This document shows, piece by piece, positions 8,346-18,635 of a stretch of DNA of 64,000 nucleotides (position 1 is the stretch's first letter; the number at the start of each line of letters is the position of its first letter). The notes below the pieces were generated by a model. The model saw only the letters and a list, made by a program, of their open reading frames with translations, searched no databases and was not told the origin of the DNA. The position numbers were made by a program, and so were the translations under genes. The stretch is from Desulfomonilia bacterium (lineage in GTDB: Bacteria; Desulfobacterota; Desulfomonilia; UBA1062), in NCBI GenBank assembly GCA_963664325.2, contig CAXXDQ010000004.1:352001-416000 (forward strand), given 5' to 3'.

Positions 8346-10268
8346 ATGAAAAAGACCATCCTTCATTCAGGCATTCTTTATGTCTTTACACTAACCGCCC
8401 TGTTGGGTTTTCATGGCTGCAAATATTTAAGAACCCCTGTCCTTGGAGACGTCTCGGTAAAAGCTGTGAGTTCAAGAAGCATTACCCTTGATAAGCCGGT
8501 ACTGACTGATGAGGGGAAGCCTGCTGCGACACTTAATGCATATATCGGCATATCTGGCAGCATAAGCGCAGAAGGGACGGTCATTTCCAATTTCCTGGAA
8601 GGACCCGTCAATGTTTTGAACAGCGGATACCAGTTTATGGGACTCGAAACGGGACAGAGCTATGACATATATGTTGTTGCAGAAAATATATCCGGAAGCA
8701 GTATAAGCAAAATATCTAACATATCCACCGAAATACCCCAGATTGACCCTGCAACCTATCCTGAAATTGCAAATGACGAGATGGGGCTGTTCAGGTGGTA
8801 CCTGTCCGTCGGCGATGATGAGATATCTGATTTCAGCAAGATTGAGGCGTATGATCCGGGACAGGGCGGGCTTTCATCCTACAGGTACAGCCTGGCCTTC
8901 ATAACATATTTCCTGACGCTTGAGCAGTACCACAAACTGCCGGCCTGCCCCGAGATAATCAAACCCAGAATGGACCGGCTTATACAGAAAATGATCGAAA
9001 AGCCGGTCTGGTCATACTGGGCGGATACAAGCCGGGGGATTGTGTACCTTGAACCTTTCATGAACAGGCCATATCCTGAAGCGCATGACCCTGTCGCCGA
9101 AAAGAACATCATGTATTCGGGTCATCTGGGGCATATGATCGCATCTTACGAAATGCTTTATCGTGACCTGAAATGGAGCGAGCCGGGCTCTATTGTATTC
9201 AAATACAGCGACACCGAGCAATTCGTTTATGACAACAATTCGCTGCAGAAGGTCTTGTATGACCAGATGTCGAACAACTGGTATCACGGCATAGTTTGCG
9301 AACCCAATGCAGTTTTCCCCGAGTGCAACCAGCACCCGGTTTTATCGTTGATGCTGTACGACAGCGTTCATGGAAAGGACTACAGCAAGGTCAGGGACAA
9401 GTTCATGGACTTCTTCCTCAAGAGCATGATGATAAACCCGGTGAGTCATGAGACCTGTCTGTTTTTCCTGGTTAAGCAGAAAACTACCGTGTCGCAGGAA
9501 TTTGCAAATTTCGGCAACGGTTTATCGCTTCTCACCATACCGCTTGCATGGTCGGGGCTCCTTAATATAAGGACGTCGGTGGCAAACGGCTGGAATGGCA
9601 CATTTATGCACGCATGGCAGCCAGAATTCATAGAAAGGCATTATCCTTACCAGAAGGAAAGGCGTCTTATCGAGCCTGATGAAAACACGGCTTATCTTAA
9701 GACAGAAATGATCCTTGACCAGATCGTTACCCCGTTTTTCGCAATGCTTGCTTCAGAGGTAGGAGATCTTGAAACCAGGGATAAGCTTATTAACTGGTGC
9801 AGGGATTACTACAAGCCTGTCTGGGAAGACGGGATGCTTAAATATCCGGTAAACGAACCTGTTACGATAATTAATCCCAATAATGGATTTACAGCCAGCT
9901 CTCAGGCCCTTACCGGCATATTGATTGCGTATGCAATGGCCAATACAAAAGACGGCCAGAAGGATGTCATCGCAAGTCCGTTTACTGAAAGGAATTTTAC
10001 CTCGCCCATAGTAACAGGGGTGGATTATCCCAATGTAGTGTTGAGACGCGCCATATACGACTTCGAGAAAGAGACCTTGATTGTTTCAACTGAAGGCGGC
10101 GCATTAAAGAACGGTTCAACCTCAATTTCGATAGAGCAGCTCGATCCTTCAAGGACCTGGTGTCTCATCATAGACGGCTGTCCTGCTGGAAATTTTTCAG
10201 GGATTTCTTCAATGCCTATTGAAGTCGGCCTCGATCAAAAGCACGATATAGTTCTGATTGCTGAATAA
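8346..10268 (+). CDS. Lipoprotein with FN3-like domain and linalool dehydratase/isomerase (Ldi) family domain
   Basis: Lipobox-like FHGC; GLETGQSYDIYVVAEN; Ldi motifs DPVAEKNIMYSGHL and GIVCEPNAVFPECNQHPVLSLMLYDSVHG. Confidence 0.82.
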   Translation: MKKTILHSGILYVFTLTALLGFHGCKYLRTPVLGDVSVKAVSSRSITLDKPVLTDEGKPAATLNAYIGISGSISAEGTVISNFLEGPVNVLNSGYQFMGLETGQSYDIYVVAENISGSSISKISNISTEIPQIDPATYPEIANDEMGLFRWYLSVGDDEISDFSKIEAYDPGQGGLSSYRYSLAFITYFLTLEQYHKLPACPEIIKPRMDRLIQKMIEKPVWSYWADTSRGIVYLEPFMNRPYPEAHDPVAEKNIMYSGHLGHMIASYEMLYRDLKWSEPGSIVFKYSDTEQFVYDNNSLQKVLYDQMSNNWYHGIVCEPNAVFPECNQHPVLSLMLYDSVHGKDYSKVRDKFMDFFLKSMMINPVSHETCLFFLVKQKTTVSQEFANFGNGLSLLTIPLAWSGLLNIRTSVANGWNGTFMHAWQPEFIERHYPYQKERRLIEPDENTAYLKTEMILDQIVTPFFAMLASEVGDLETRDKLINWCRDYYKPVWEDGMLKYPVNEPVTIINPNNGFTASSQALTGILIAYAMANTKDGQKDVIASPFTERNFTSPIVTGVDYPNVVLRRAIYDFEKETLIVSTEGGALKNGSTSISIEQLDPSRTWCLIIDGCPAGNFSGISSMPIEVGLDQKHDIVLIAE

Positions 10269-10294
10269 TATTTTTCGGCAAGCAAAATCAGATT

Positions 10295-10330
10295 AACCCG
10301 GGCAAGAAAACTTTGCTTGTCCGGGTTTCT
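10295..10330. terminator. Intrinsic terminator between convergent genes
   Basis: AACCCGGGCAAG / CTTGTCCGGGTT stem (one G-U) followed by TCTT. Confidence 0.6.
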
Positions 10331-10341
10331 TCATGTCTTTG

Positions 10342-11208
10342 TCATGAAGGCATTGCGGGTGCATCATGTACTTTTTTTACTACGCACTGTGCGATAAAGA
10401 CCATCCAGATTATAAGGCCGATATGCAGTACGTCGTTGGCACAAAACCAGATGCCCTGCTTCCACAGCCTTTCGGTCAATCCCGAGAACAGGTAGGCGAA
10501 ATAGGCCAGGTTCACCAGCCCGAGGGAAAGCCATGCAATCATCAGCGAGCGATCCATGCTTTCTTTATGTTTCAGATAGCGCCTCGTATTGATGATAAAC
10601 AATGCGAGGAAGCTTGGCGTAGTAAAGAGAAGCATGAGTTCGAAGGAAACCATGAATTTATTGGGTATGAACGCACCGGCTAAAACTACGCCGAAGTAAA
10701 CAAGCGTATTCGCAAAGGCATAGGAAGAAAGCGTCCGGCGTGCCAGGCCTTCAGCACTGGAATAGGCCACTGCCTTCATTATGGCATTGATGCTGATCAC
10801 GGTGCATATGAGGTAGTATACCTCCCACCAGCTGGTCCATTCACACACAGCGCGGCCTGCACATTTGATCTCATAGCTGAAGGCCTGATAGCTGGTCCCG
10901 GCCAGCAACGCACCGGCCCCCCAGAATAGAAGGCCTATACCCCACCACAGGCGCGATTTTTCATTTTCTCTAATTCGCAGGGCATATATCCCAATTAGAA
11001 TGGTCAGCACGCCCAGGAGGTATATGAAAAAAGTGGAGCTCGGAACGGCCAGGACAAAGTTAAGAGCCCCTATTGAAATGTTCGTGCAGGGCTGGCTGCT
11101 GCACCATGTTTCCGGGGTCTGTTCCGGACAGCAGTACGGTATGGTTTTCAGCCTGCCGCAGCCTAACAAAGTTACCAGTGCAGTAAGCATCCATATTGAA
11201 CGTTTCAT
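10342..11208 (-). CDS. Multi-pass membrane protein with N-terminal signal/lipobox
   Basis: About 7 hydrophobic segments, LLGC near N-terminus, C-terminal NDVLH; GGAGG before ATG 11208. Confidence 0.7.
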   Translation of the reverse strand: MKRSIWMLTALVTLLGCGRLKTIPYCCPEQTPETWCSSQPCTNISIGALNFVLAVPSSTFFIYLLGVLTILIGIYALRIRENEKSRLWWGIGLLFWGAGALLAGTSYQAFSYEIKCAGRAVCEWTSWWEVYYLICTVISINAIMKAVAYSSAEGLARRTLSSYAFANTLVYFGVVLAGAFIPNKFMVSFELMLLFTTPSFLALFIINTRRYLKHKESMDRSLMIAWLSLGLVNLAYFAYLFSGLTERLWKQGIWFCANDVLHIGLIIWMVFIAQCVVKKVHDAPAMPS

Positions 11209-11619
11209 GCCGCCTCCCGGAAAATCAAATTTACTGTACATGCTGAAACTATTGGGTCATATCCGCTGTTCTTGTTGATAGTATAATAGGAGGGCGACCG
11301 TAAGACAAGGGCCATGAAGCTGTATTGAACTATCATGAAAGCTGTTAGGTGACGTTCCTTATATTATAAAAATCTGCTTATTTTCAACTTGATTATCTGA
11401 TGATCGGCTCGTGAAATATAAAAAAGTGGCCAGGCTTTATGATGAATGCGATATCGGCCAGCAGGCTGGTTTTGTAAGGTTAAATTTCGTCTTCACGAGA
11501 TCAAGTCATGAAGAACGGCTTATAAGGACCGGTGATGCCGTTTCAGCGAACAAAAAATAATTGTCAATTTAAACGGATACTGTCTTGACGGATTTTGAGT
11601 AACCCTGCAAAGTAGGCCC

Positions 11620-12147
11620 ATGCTGATTGAATTTGGAGGGAAGAAACCGAACATCGCAGGCGGCGTATTCATTGCGCCCAATGCCACTATAATCGGCGAT
11701 GTTGAGATCGGTGAGGGCTCAAGCATCTGGTACGGTGCCGTTATCCGCGGCGACCTCAATGCAATAAGGATCGGCAGGTTTTCCAACATTCAGGACAACT
11801 GCACGATCCATGTCGACAGTAAAAATATGGCCGTAATCGGCGATTATGTAACAATCGGCCATAACGCGGTTCTGCACGGTTGCCGCATAGGCGAAGGCTC
11901 GGTTATCGGCCTGGGTTCAGTAATCCTGAACGGTTCTGTTGTCGGGAAGGGCTCAATCGTTGCCGCCGGAACTGTTGTCAAAGAAAAACAGGAGATAGGC
12001 GAGAGCCAGCTTGTTGCTGGTTCTCCCGCAGTATTCAAGCGCGAACTAGAAGAAAACAGCGTAATTGCCAACAGGGAACCGGCTATGATTTATGTTGAGC
12101 TTGCAAAAAAACATGCTCAGTCAAATGGGAGACAATATGAAACTTAA
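11620..12147 (+). CDS. Gamma carbonic anhydrase family hexapeptide-repeat protein (YrdA/PaaY-like)
   Basis: IIGDVEIG, RGD, NIQDNCTIH, IGHNAVLHGC. Confidence 0.92.
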   Translation: MLIEFGGKKPNIAGGVFIAPNATIIGDVEIGEGSSIWYGAVIRGDLNAIRIGRFSNIQDNCTIHVDSKNMAVIGDYVTIGHNAVLHGCRIGEGSVIGLGSVILNGSVVGKGSIVAAGTVVKEKQEIGESQLVAGSPAVFKRELEENSVIANREPAMIYVELAKKHAQSNGRQYET

Positions 12148-13330
12148 CCTTGAAAAATACACGGATGTCCTTTTCTGGGGACTGACCACGGCCCGCACGC
12201 AGAAATTCAAAAAAGGCGATGTCATCCTGCTCAGGTATGAACTGCCCGCCTTAAGCCTGGCTGAAACCGTTTATTCAAAGCTTGTCAGTATGGGGTATAA
12301 TGTCATTCCCAGGGCAGGTATTACGCCGGTAATGGAAAAAGGGTTTTACAGCCTGTCTGATGACAGGCAGCTTACATTCAGGGTGCCGGGCAATGAGGAG
12401 CTTTATAAGAGTCTGAACGGAAGCATTTTTCTGATCGCGCCCGCCTCCCTCACCCACCTGGCCGGTATTGACCCGAAACGCATAGGCAAAGCAGCGGTGG
12501 CCCAGAAATACCTGCGCGACATCCTGGATAAGCGTGAAGAGCTGGGGCTTTTCAGCTGGACCCTGTGCATGTATCCGACAGATGAACTGGCCAGACACGC
12601 GGGCCTTTCAATTGATGATTACACCGACCAGATAGCCAAGGCCGCCTTTTTGAAAGACAAGGACCCCGTAGCCAGGTGGAAAGGGGTTTACAGGGAAGTG
12701 ACCCAGATTAAGAAACGCCTCAATTCCATGAAAGCGCTTGAATACCATGTGGAAAGCGCAAACACAGACCTGGTGATAACACCAGGCGAAATGAGAAAAT
12801 GGATAGGTATTTCCGGGCACAACATACCGAGCTTTGAAATATTCCTGTCTCCCGACTGGCATGGGACAAAGGGTGTTTACTTTGCGGACCAGCCTTCGTA
12901 CAGGAGCGGCAATCTTGTAAAAGGACTGAGGCTTGAATTCAAGGGCGGCCGTGCAGTCAGGATTGACGCCGCAGAAGGGGCCGACTTTGCCCGTAAGCAG
13001 ATTTCAATGGATAAAGGGGCAGCCCAGGTGGGTGAATTTTCACTGACGGACAAACGTTTTTCAAAGATAGACCGGTTCATGGCCAATACGCTCTTTGACG
13101 AAAACTTCGGCGGGAAATCAGGCAACTGCCATATCGCGGTCGGAGCATCCTTTTCCGATACTTATTCAGGCGACCCGTCCGAACTGACGAAAGAGAAAAA
13201 GGCGGCGCTCGGTTTCAATGACTCGGCCCTTCACTGGGACCTCGTGAACACTGAAAGGAAAAGGGTTACGGCGAAGCTGAAAGACGGGAGAAGCTTAACG
13301 ATATATGAGAATGGAGCATTCATCTTATAA
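12137..13330 (+). CDS. Aminopeptidase, M29 family (AmpS/PepS)
   Basis: NIPSFEIFLSP, GEFSL, LFDEN, HIAVG, NDSALHWD. Confidence 0.88.
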   Translation: MKLNLEKYTDVLFWGLTTARTQKFKKGDVILLRYELPALSLAETVYSKLVSMGYNVIPRAGITPVMEKGFYSLSDDRQLTFRVPGNEELYKSLNGSIFLIAPASLTHLAGIDPKRIGKAAVAQKYLRDILDKREELGLFSWTLCMYPTDELARHAGLSIDDYTDQIAKAAFLKDKDPVARWKGVYREVTQIKKRLNSMKALEYHVESANTDLVITPGEMRKWIGISGHNIPSFEIFLSPDWHGTKGVYFADQPSYRSGNLVKGLRLEFKGGRAVRIDAAEGADFARKQISMDKGAAQVGEFSLTDKRFSKIDRFMANTLFDENFGGKSGNCHIAVGASFSDTYSGDPSELTKEKKAALGFNDSALHWDLVNTERKRVTAKLKDGRSLTIYENGAFIL

Positions 13331-13425
13331 ATCCGGTTTGCATCCAAGATGAGGCGGGAAGCATTCCTGTACAAAAGGCATTGAGCGGTATTTGAGCGCA
13401 GATCGAAAAAAGAACGGAGGAATTA

Positions 13426-15111
13426 ATGGCGGGCGAACCTAACAAAATCATCTATTCCATGATGCGCGTAAGCAAGCGCTATGAAAAAAAGGAAGTCATC
13501 AAGGATATATCGCTGTCCTATTTTTACGGCGCAAAAATCGGAGTGCTCGGCCTGAACGGCTCGGGAAAGAGCTCGCTTTTAAGAATAATGGCGGGCGTTG
13601 ACAATGCATTTGACGGCCAGGCCGTGCTCTCGCCGGGTTATACGGTCGGCTATCTGGAGCAGGAACCTCTTATCGATGAAACAAGGACCGTCCGCCAGGT
13701 GGTTGAGGAGGGAGTTCAGGAGACGGTAGACCTGCTGAACGAGTTCAACGAAATAAACATGAAATTTGCCGAACCCATGGATGATGAAGAAATGAATAAA
13801 CTTATCGAACGCCAGGGGGCGGTGCAGGAGAAGCTGGACCATTTGAATGCATGGGATATGGATTCGCGCCTTGAAATGGCCATGGATGCATTACGCTGTC
13901 CGGGGGGCGATATGCCTGTCAAGGTGCTCTCGGGCGGTGAAAAGCGCCGGGTCGCATTGTGCCGCCTTCTCCTTCAAAAACCCGATATCCTTCTGCTCGA
14001 CGAGCCGACCAACCACCTCGACGCCGAGACCGTGGCATGGCTTGAGCACCACCTCCAGCGCTATGAGGGGACGATCATTGCAGTAACGCATGACCGCTAT
14101 TTTCTGGACAATGTCGCAGGTTGGATACTGGAGCTTGACCGCGGCCAAGGCATTCCCTGGAAAGGAAATTATTCTTCATGGCTGTCTCAAAAACAGGAAA
14201 GGCTGCGCCTTGAGGAAAAGGGCGAAACTGACCGCCAGAAAACCCTCGAGCGCGAGCTGGACTGGATACGCATGAGCCCGAAAGGCCGTCATGCAAAGGC
14301 CAAGGCCCGCATAACCGCTTATGAGGACCTGCTCGGCCGCGAGTCTGAAATCCGTTCAAAAGACCTTGAAATCTATATCCCGCCCGGACCAAGGCTTGGA
14401 AATGTGGTGATCGAATCCAAAGCCTTATCCAAGGCCTATGGCGACAATCTGCTTTTTGAAAACATGAACTTCATGCTGCCGCCGGGCGGCATCATCGGCG
14501 TAATCGGCCCGAACGGGGCTGGAAAGACAACGCTCTTCAAAATGATTACAAGAAGGGAAGTGCCCGATTCAGGGGAGATCCGCATCGGTGAAACGGTTCA
14601 GCTGGCTTACGTTGACCAGAGCAGGGATGCGCTCAACCCGGATAAAACTATATGGGAAACCATTTCAGGGGGAAATGACACGATAATCTTGGGAGGACGG
14701 GAGGTTAATTCACGCGCCTATGTGGCGCGATATAACTTCTCGGGCACCGACCAGCAGAAAAAGCTGAGTGCACTCTCGGGCGGCGAGAGAAACCGCGTTC
14801 ACCTTGCCATGATGCTGAAAAGCGGCGCGAACGTCATCCTTCTCGACGAGCCGACAAACGATCTCGACGTCAACACAATGCGAGCGCTTGAGGAGGCGCT
14901 TGAAAACTTTGCAGGCTGCGCTGTCGTTATCAGCCATGACCGCTGGTTTCTGGACCGTATCGCAACACACATCCTTGCCTTTGAAGGCGACAGCTCTGTC
15001 ACATGGTTTGACGGCAACTACACGGAATACGAGGAAGATAAAAAAAGGCGCCTGGGTGCCGCAGCTGACACCCCGCACAGGATCAAGTACAGGAGATTGA
15101 CCAGGGCGTAG
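13426..15111 (+). CDS. ettA: Energy-dependent translational throttle ABC-F ATPase EttA
   Basis: Two ABC domains (GLNGSGKS, GPNGAGKT), LSGGE signatures, ELDWIRMSPKGRHAKAKAR linker, C-terminal HRIKYRRL. Confidence 0.95.
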   Translation: MAGEPNKIIYSMMRVSKRYEKKEVIKDISLSYFYGAKIGVLGLNGSGKSSLLRIMAGVDNAFDGQAVLSPGYTVGYLEQEPLIDETRTVRQVVEEGVQETVDLLNEFNEINMKFAEPMDDEEMNKLIERQGAVQEKLDHLNAWDMDSRLEMAMDALRCPGGDMPVKVLSGGEKRRVALCRLLLQKPDILLLDEPTNHLDAETVAWLEHHLQRYEGTIIAVTHDRYFLDNVAGWILELDRGQGIPWKGNYSSWLSQKQERLRLEEKGETDRQKTLERELDWIRMSPKGRHAKAKARITAYEDLLGRESEIRSKDLEIYIPPGPRLGNVVIESKALSKAYGDNLLFENMNFMLPPGGIIGVIGPNGAGKTTLFKMITRREVPDSGEIRIGETVQLAYVDQSRDALNPDKTIWETISGGNDTIILGGREVNSRAYVARYNFSGTDQQKKLSALSGGERNRVHLAMMLKSGANVILLDEPTNDLDVNTMRALEEALENFAGCAVVISHDRWFLDRIATHILAFEGDSSVTWFDGNYTEYEEDKKRRLGAAADTPHRIKYRRLTRA

Positions 15112-15246
15112 AATACCTGATGAACTGTCAGGCTGATAAACATGAAAGAATTGAACAGGTCGGTTAGGATTAACATGCGACAGCAGCTTTTGCTTGACAG
15201 CTAACCGACTCAGCAATTTTACAGCTTTTTAAAAGGAGGTAAACAT

Positions 15247-16926
15247 ATGGAAGAAAGAGAAGCGTATGACCTGAAATCGGTCAAGCTGCCCAGGCTGGCG
15301 GGAAAACCGCTGAAGGCTTTCGTAAAACTGCTTGATTCCGGACTGAGCCCTCTCCTGATCCCCAAGCTGATGAAAGATGCAGGTATAACCGCGCTCCGGG
15401 AACTTGAAATCGGCGAGCCGCCTACATTTTACCCCTACTGGAATTTTACAGGCAGCCCGGCAAAGGGTCATGCGGAATTGCCCGTGATGGAAGACGGCTC
15501 CAATTCGGAAGGCTTTATATTCACGTCATCCGCCGAGTATGTATCGGCCTACAAAGAGGGCCGTATCTCTCCCGTCGATGTTGCCGAAAAACTCATCAAG
15601 GCAATTGCTGACAGCAATTCGGCTACTCCGCCGCTCAGGGCGATTATTGCCTTGTATAAAGACGAAGTGATCAGGCATGCGAAAGCCTCTGAACTTCGCT
15701 ACAGGGAAGGCAGATCCCTGGGGCCCTTTGATGGTGTACCTGTAGGCGTCAAGGACGAAGTTGATATGGTCCCGTACCCGACGAATGTCGGCACAAAATT
15801 TATAGGCGAACACCCGGCAAAAGAGGATGCAACTGTTGTCGCAAGAATGCGGGCGGCAGGAGCCATGCTTATCGGAAAAGCCAACATGCATGAAATAGGC
15901 ATCGGCGTAACCGGCCAGAATCCGCATCACGGCTTTGCAAGGAATCCTTACAACCCCGATCACTACACGGGCGGCAGTTCAAGCGGGCCCGCTTCAGCCG
16001 TAGGCGCGGGGCTGTGCCCAGTGGCAATTGGCGCCGACGGCGGCGGTTCGATCCGCATACCGTCATCTTTTTGCGGTGTTGTCGGCATCAAGCCGACCTT
16101 TGCGCGCGTAAGCGAATATGGCGCCGCGCCTTTATGCTGGAGTGTCGGGCACATCGGTCCGATTGCCGCAAGCGTAAAAGATGCGGTGTTGTCTTATGCA
16201 GTAATGGCTGGCCCCGATAATAAGGATGTCAACTCCCAAAAACAGCCCGAGCCTGTTTTTGACGGCATTATGAACACAGATCTCAAAGGATTGAAGCTCG
16301 GCGTTTACTGGCCCTGGTTCAGGCATGCAAGCCCTGATGTGGTTTCAAGGTGCGAGGCCATGCTCAACTATCTTGCTGGCCTTGGCGCAGATGTGGTTGA
16401 CGTAACCATACCCGGGCTGGAAGCCGCACGTGTAAGCCACGTGATAACCATAACATCCGAGATGTGCAATACCATGGACCGCTACTGGAAGGAGCACAAA
16501 AACGATTTCAGCCTTGAAGTGAAAACAAGCCTCTTGCTGGCGCGCACCTTCACGGCCAGGGATTATGTCCAGGCGCAGCGCATGCGTACAAGGACCATAG
16601 AGAACTTCAGCAAGGCGCTCAAAAAAGTAAATGCCATAGCAACTCCAGCCACAGGCATAACCGCTCCAAAAATCCCTTTGGATGCGCTGCCTGATGGCGA
16701 TTCCGACCTGACGACGCTTACTGAAATTATGCGCTTTGCCGCGGCCGCCAACTTTACCGGCCTGCCTGCAATTTCATTTCCGGCGGGTTACGACAGTGCC
16801 GGTCTGCCCGTAGGATTTCAGGCCATGGGCCGGCCTTGGGAAGAGCATGTCCTTTTCAGGCTGGCCTATGCCGGTGAGCGGTTTGTTGTCAGAAAGAAGC
16901 CGCAGGTTTTATACAATATACTGTAA
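15247..16926 (+). CDS. Amidase-signature enzyme, fatty acid amide hydrolase-like
   Basis: GVKD, GGSSSG, GADGGGSIRIPS (Lys-Ser-Ser triad). Confidence 0.88.
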   Translation: MEEREAYDLKSVKLPRLAGKPLKAFVKLLDSGLSPLLIPKLMKDAGITALRELEIGEPPTFYPYWNFTGSPAKGHAELPVMEDGSNSEGFIFTSSAEYVSAYKEGRISPVDVAEKLIKAIADSNSATPPLRAIIALYKDEVIRHAKASELRYREGRSLGPFDGVPVGVKDEVDMVPYPTNVGTKFIGEHPAKEDATVVARMRAAGAMLIGKANMHEIGIGVTGQNPHHGFARNPYNPDHYTGGSSSGPASAVGAGLCPVAIGADGGGSIRIPSSFCGVVGIKPTFARVSEYGAAPLCWSVGHIGPIAASVKDAVLSYAVMAGPDNKDVNSQKQPEPVFDGIMNTDLKGLKLGVYWPWFRHASPDVVSRCEAMLNYLAGLGADVVDVTIPGLEAARVSHVITITSEMCNTMDRYWKEHKNDFSLEVKTSLLLARTFTARDYVQAQRMRTRTIENFSKALKKVNAIATPATGITAPKIPLDALPDGDSDLTTLTEIMRFAAAANFTGLPAISFPAGYDSAGLPVGFQAMGRPWEEHVLFRLAYAGERFVVRKKPQVLYNIL

Positions 16927-16937
16927 AGGAACAGAGC

Positions 16938-18593
16938 ATGGGGAAGAAATGCCTTAAATGCGGCTATGTCCGAAACACCGGAGACCCCGGACCCCAAACC
17001 GAGTGCCCGCGCTGCGGAGTCATCTATGCAAGGGCAGAGGCAAGGCTTGGCCGTCAGACTGAACCGTCCCCCCTGGAAGCAACAGCAGAAAAACCTTCTC
17101 CCTGTTCCGCACCTGATATTGTCAGGGAGCTGGCCCTTCTTATAAAGTCGCATTACGGGCTGATATGGTTCAGAACGGCTGAAGAGGAACGTGCGGAAAG
17201 CCTGCTCTCCCATCTTGCGGACTCTATGGGTCTCAAACTTTTTACATGGACGCTGACGCAGGGCATAAAGCGCACGGACCTTGACGGCCCGGTTTACATG
17301 ACCACGGAACCCAAGGCCGCCCTGGACCATGTCATCAGTTCTGATTTCCCTGCGATCTATCTGTTCAATGGTCTCGGGTCTTTTCTGAATGATCCCGCCA
17401 TATCGGCCAGGCTGAGCGATGCAGCAAGAAAGTATTCATCAATGGAATCTTCAATCATCCTGACAGGGCCGGAGCTGCATATTCCCGAAGACCTCAAGCC
17501 TTATGCGGCTGAAATATCTGCACCGGCCGCTAAAAGGGAGGAATATTCCGAGCTCCTCAATAATATTATCCGCGACCTTAAAGCTAAAACAGAGATACGG
17601 GTGGAAATAACACAGGATGAATTGAACCGCCTGCTGAATAATCTGAAAGGGTTAACGCTTCTTGAGGCTGAAAAGGTTTTGACCAGGGCCATTATAGAAG
17701 ATGGCGGACTAAATGCAAAGGACATACAGCGGGTGATTGATGCAAAAAGGGCGGTTGTTGAGAGGGACGGTCTGCTGGAATATTTCCCTGCGGAGCACGG
17801 GATGTCCGAGATCGCCGATATGGCCAGCCTGAAGGACTGGCTCAACAAGCGGAGAATGATAATAACAGAGCCTGAAAGGGCCACTTCTTTCGGGCTCACC
17901 TTTCCAAAAGGGATACTGCTGCTCGGTGTGCCGGGCTCGGGGAAAAGCCTCTGCGCCAAGGCCGTTTCAATGGAATGGGGCCTGCCGCTATTAAAAATGG
18001 ACCCGTCCAATCTTTACAACAAGTATATCGGAGAGAGCGAGCGCAACTTTAAAAGGGCTATGGAAACGGCAGAAAGGATGGCGCCGGTCATACTCTGGAT
18101 CGACGAAATCGAAAAGGCCTTCGCCTCTGGCGGCAGCGAGGACGGCGGTGTATCCCAGCGGGTTCTGGGGACATTCCTTTCGTGGATGCAGGATCGAAAA
18201 GGCGATGTATTTGTCGTGGCAACGGCGAATGATGTGGAAAAGCTGCCTCCCGAATTCCTGCGTAAAGGCCGTTTCGATGAGGTGTTCTTCGTAGACCTGC
18301 CCAATGCCGAGAGCAGGGCCGCCATTTTCTCCATCCACCTCAGGAAACGCGGGAAAGATTCTGTAAAATTCAATATACAGGCCCTGGCCAAGGCCTCGGA
18401 AGGATTCAGCGGGGCCGAGATCGAGCAGGTGGTGGTATCCGGGCTTTACGGGGCCTTTTCAGCAAATTGCGATCTTACTAACGATATGCTCCTTTCGGAA
18501 ATCAACAGGACTAGGCCCCTGTCCATAACACGCGCCGAGCAGATTGAAAGCCTCAGGGAATGGGCGTCGGAAAGGACCATCAGTGCGCAGTAG
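16938..18593 (+). CDS. Ycf46-like AAA+ ATPase with N-terminal zinc ribbon
   Basis: CLKC...CPRCG; Walker A GVPGSGKS, Walker B ILWIDEIEK, RKGRFDEVFFVDLP. Confidence 0.87.
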   Translation: MGKKCLKCGYVRNTGDPGPQTECPRCGVIYARAEARLGRQTEPSPLEATAEKPSPCSAPDIVRELALLIKSHYGLIWFRTAEEERAESLLSHLADSMGLKLFTWTLTQGIKRTDLDGPVYMTTEPKAALDHVISSDFPAIYLFNGLGSFLNDPAISARLSDAARKYSSMESSIILTGPELHIPEDLKPYAAEISAPAAKREEYSELLNNIIRDLKAKTEIRVEITQDELNRLLNNLKGLTLLEAEKVLTRAIIEDGGLNAKDIQRVIDAKRAVVERDGLLEYFPAEHGMSEIADMASLKDWLNKRRMIITEPERATSFGLTFPKGILLLGVPGSGKSLCAKAVSMEWGLPLLKMDPSNLYNKYIGESERNFKRAMETAERMAPVILWIDEIEKAFASGGSEDGGVSQRVLGTFLSWMQDRKGDVFVVATANDVEKLPPEFLRKGRFDEVFFVDLPNAESRAAIFSIHLRKRGKDSVKFNIQALAKASEGFSGAEIEQVVVSGLYGAFSANCDLTNDMLLSEINRTRPLSITRAEQIESLREWASERTISAQ

Positions 18594-18635
18594 CCAGGCT
18601 ATTAAAGTCAGCCGGATGAAGCAAAGGGCAGCCAC

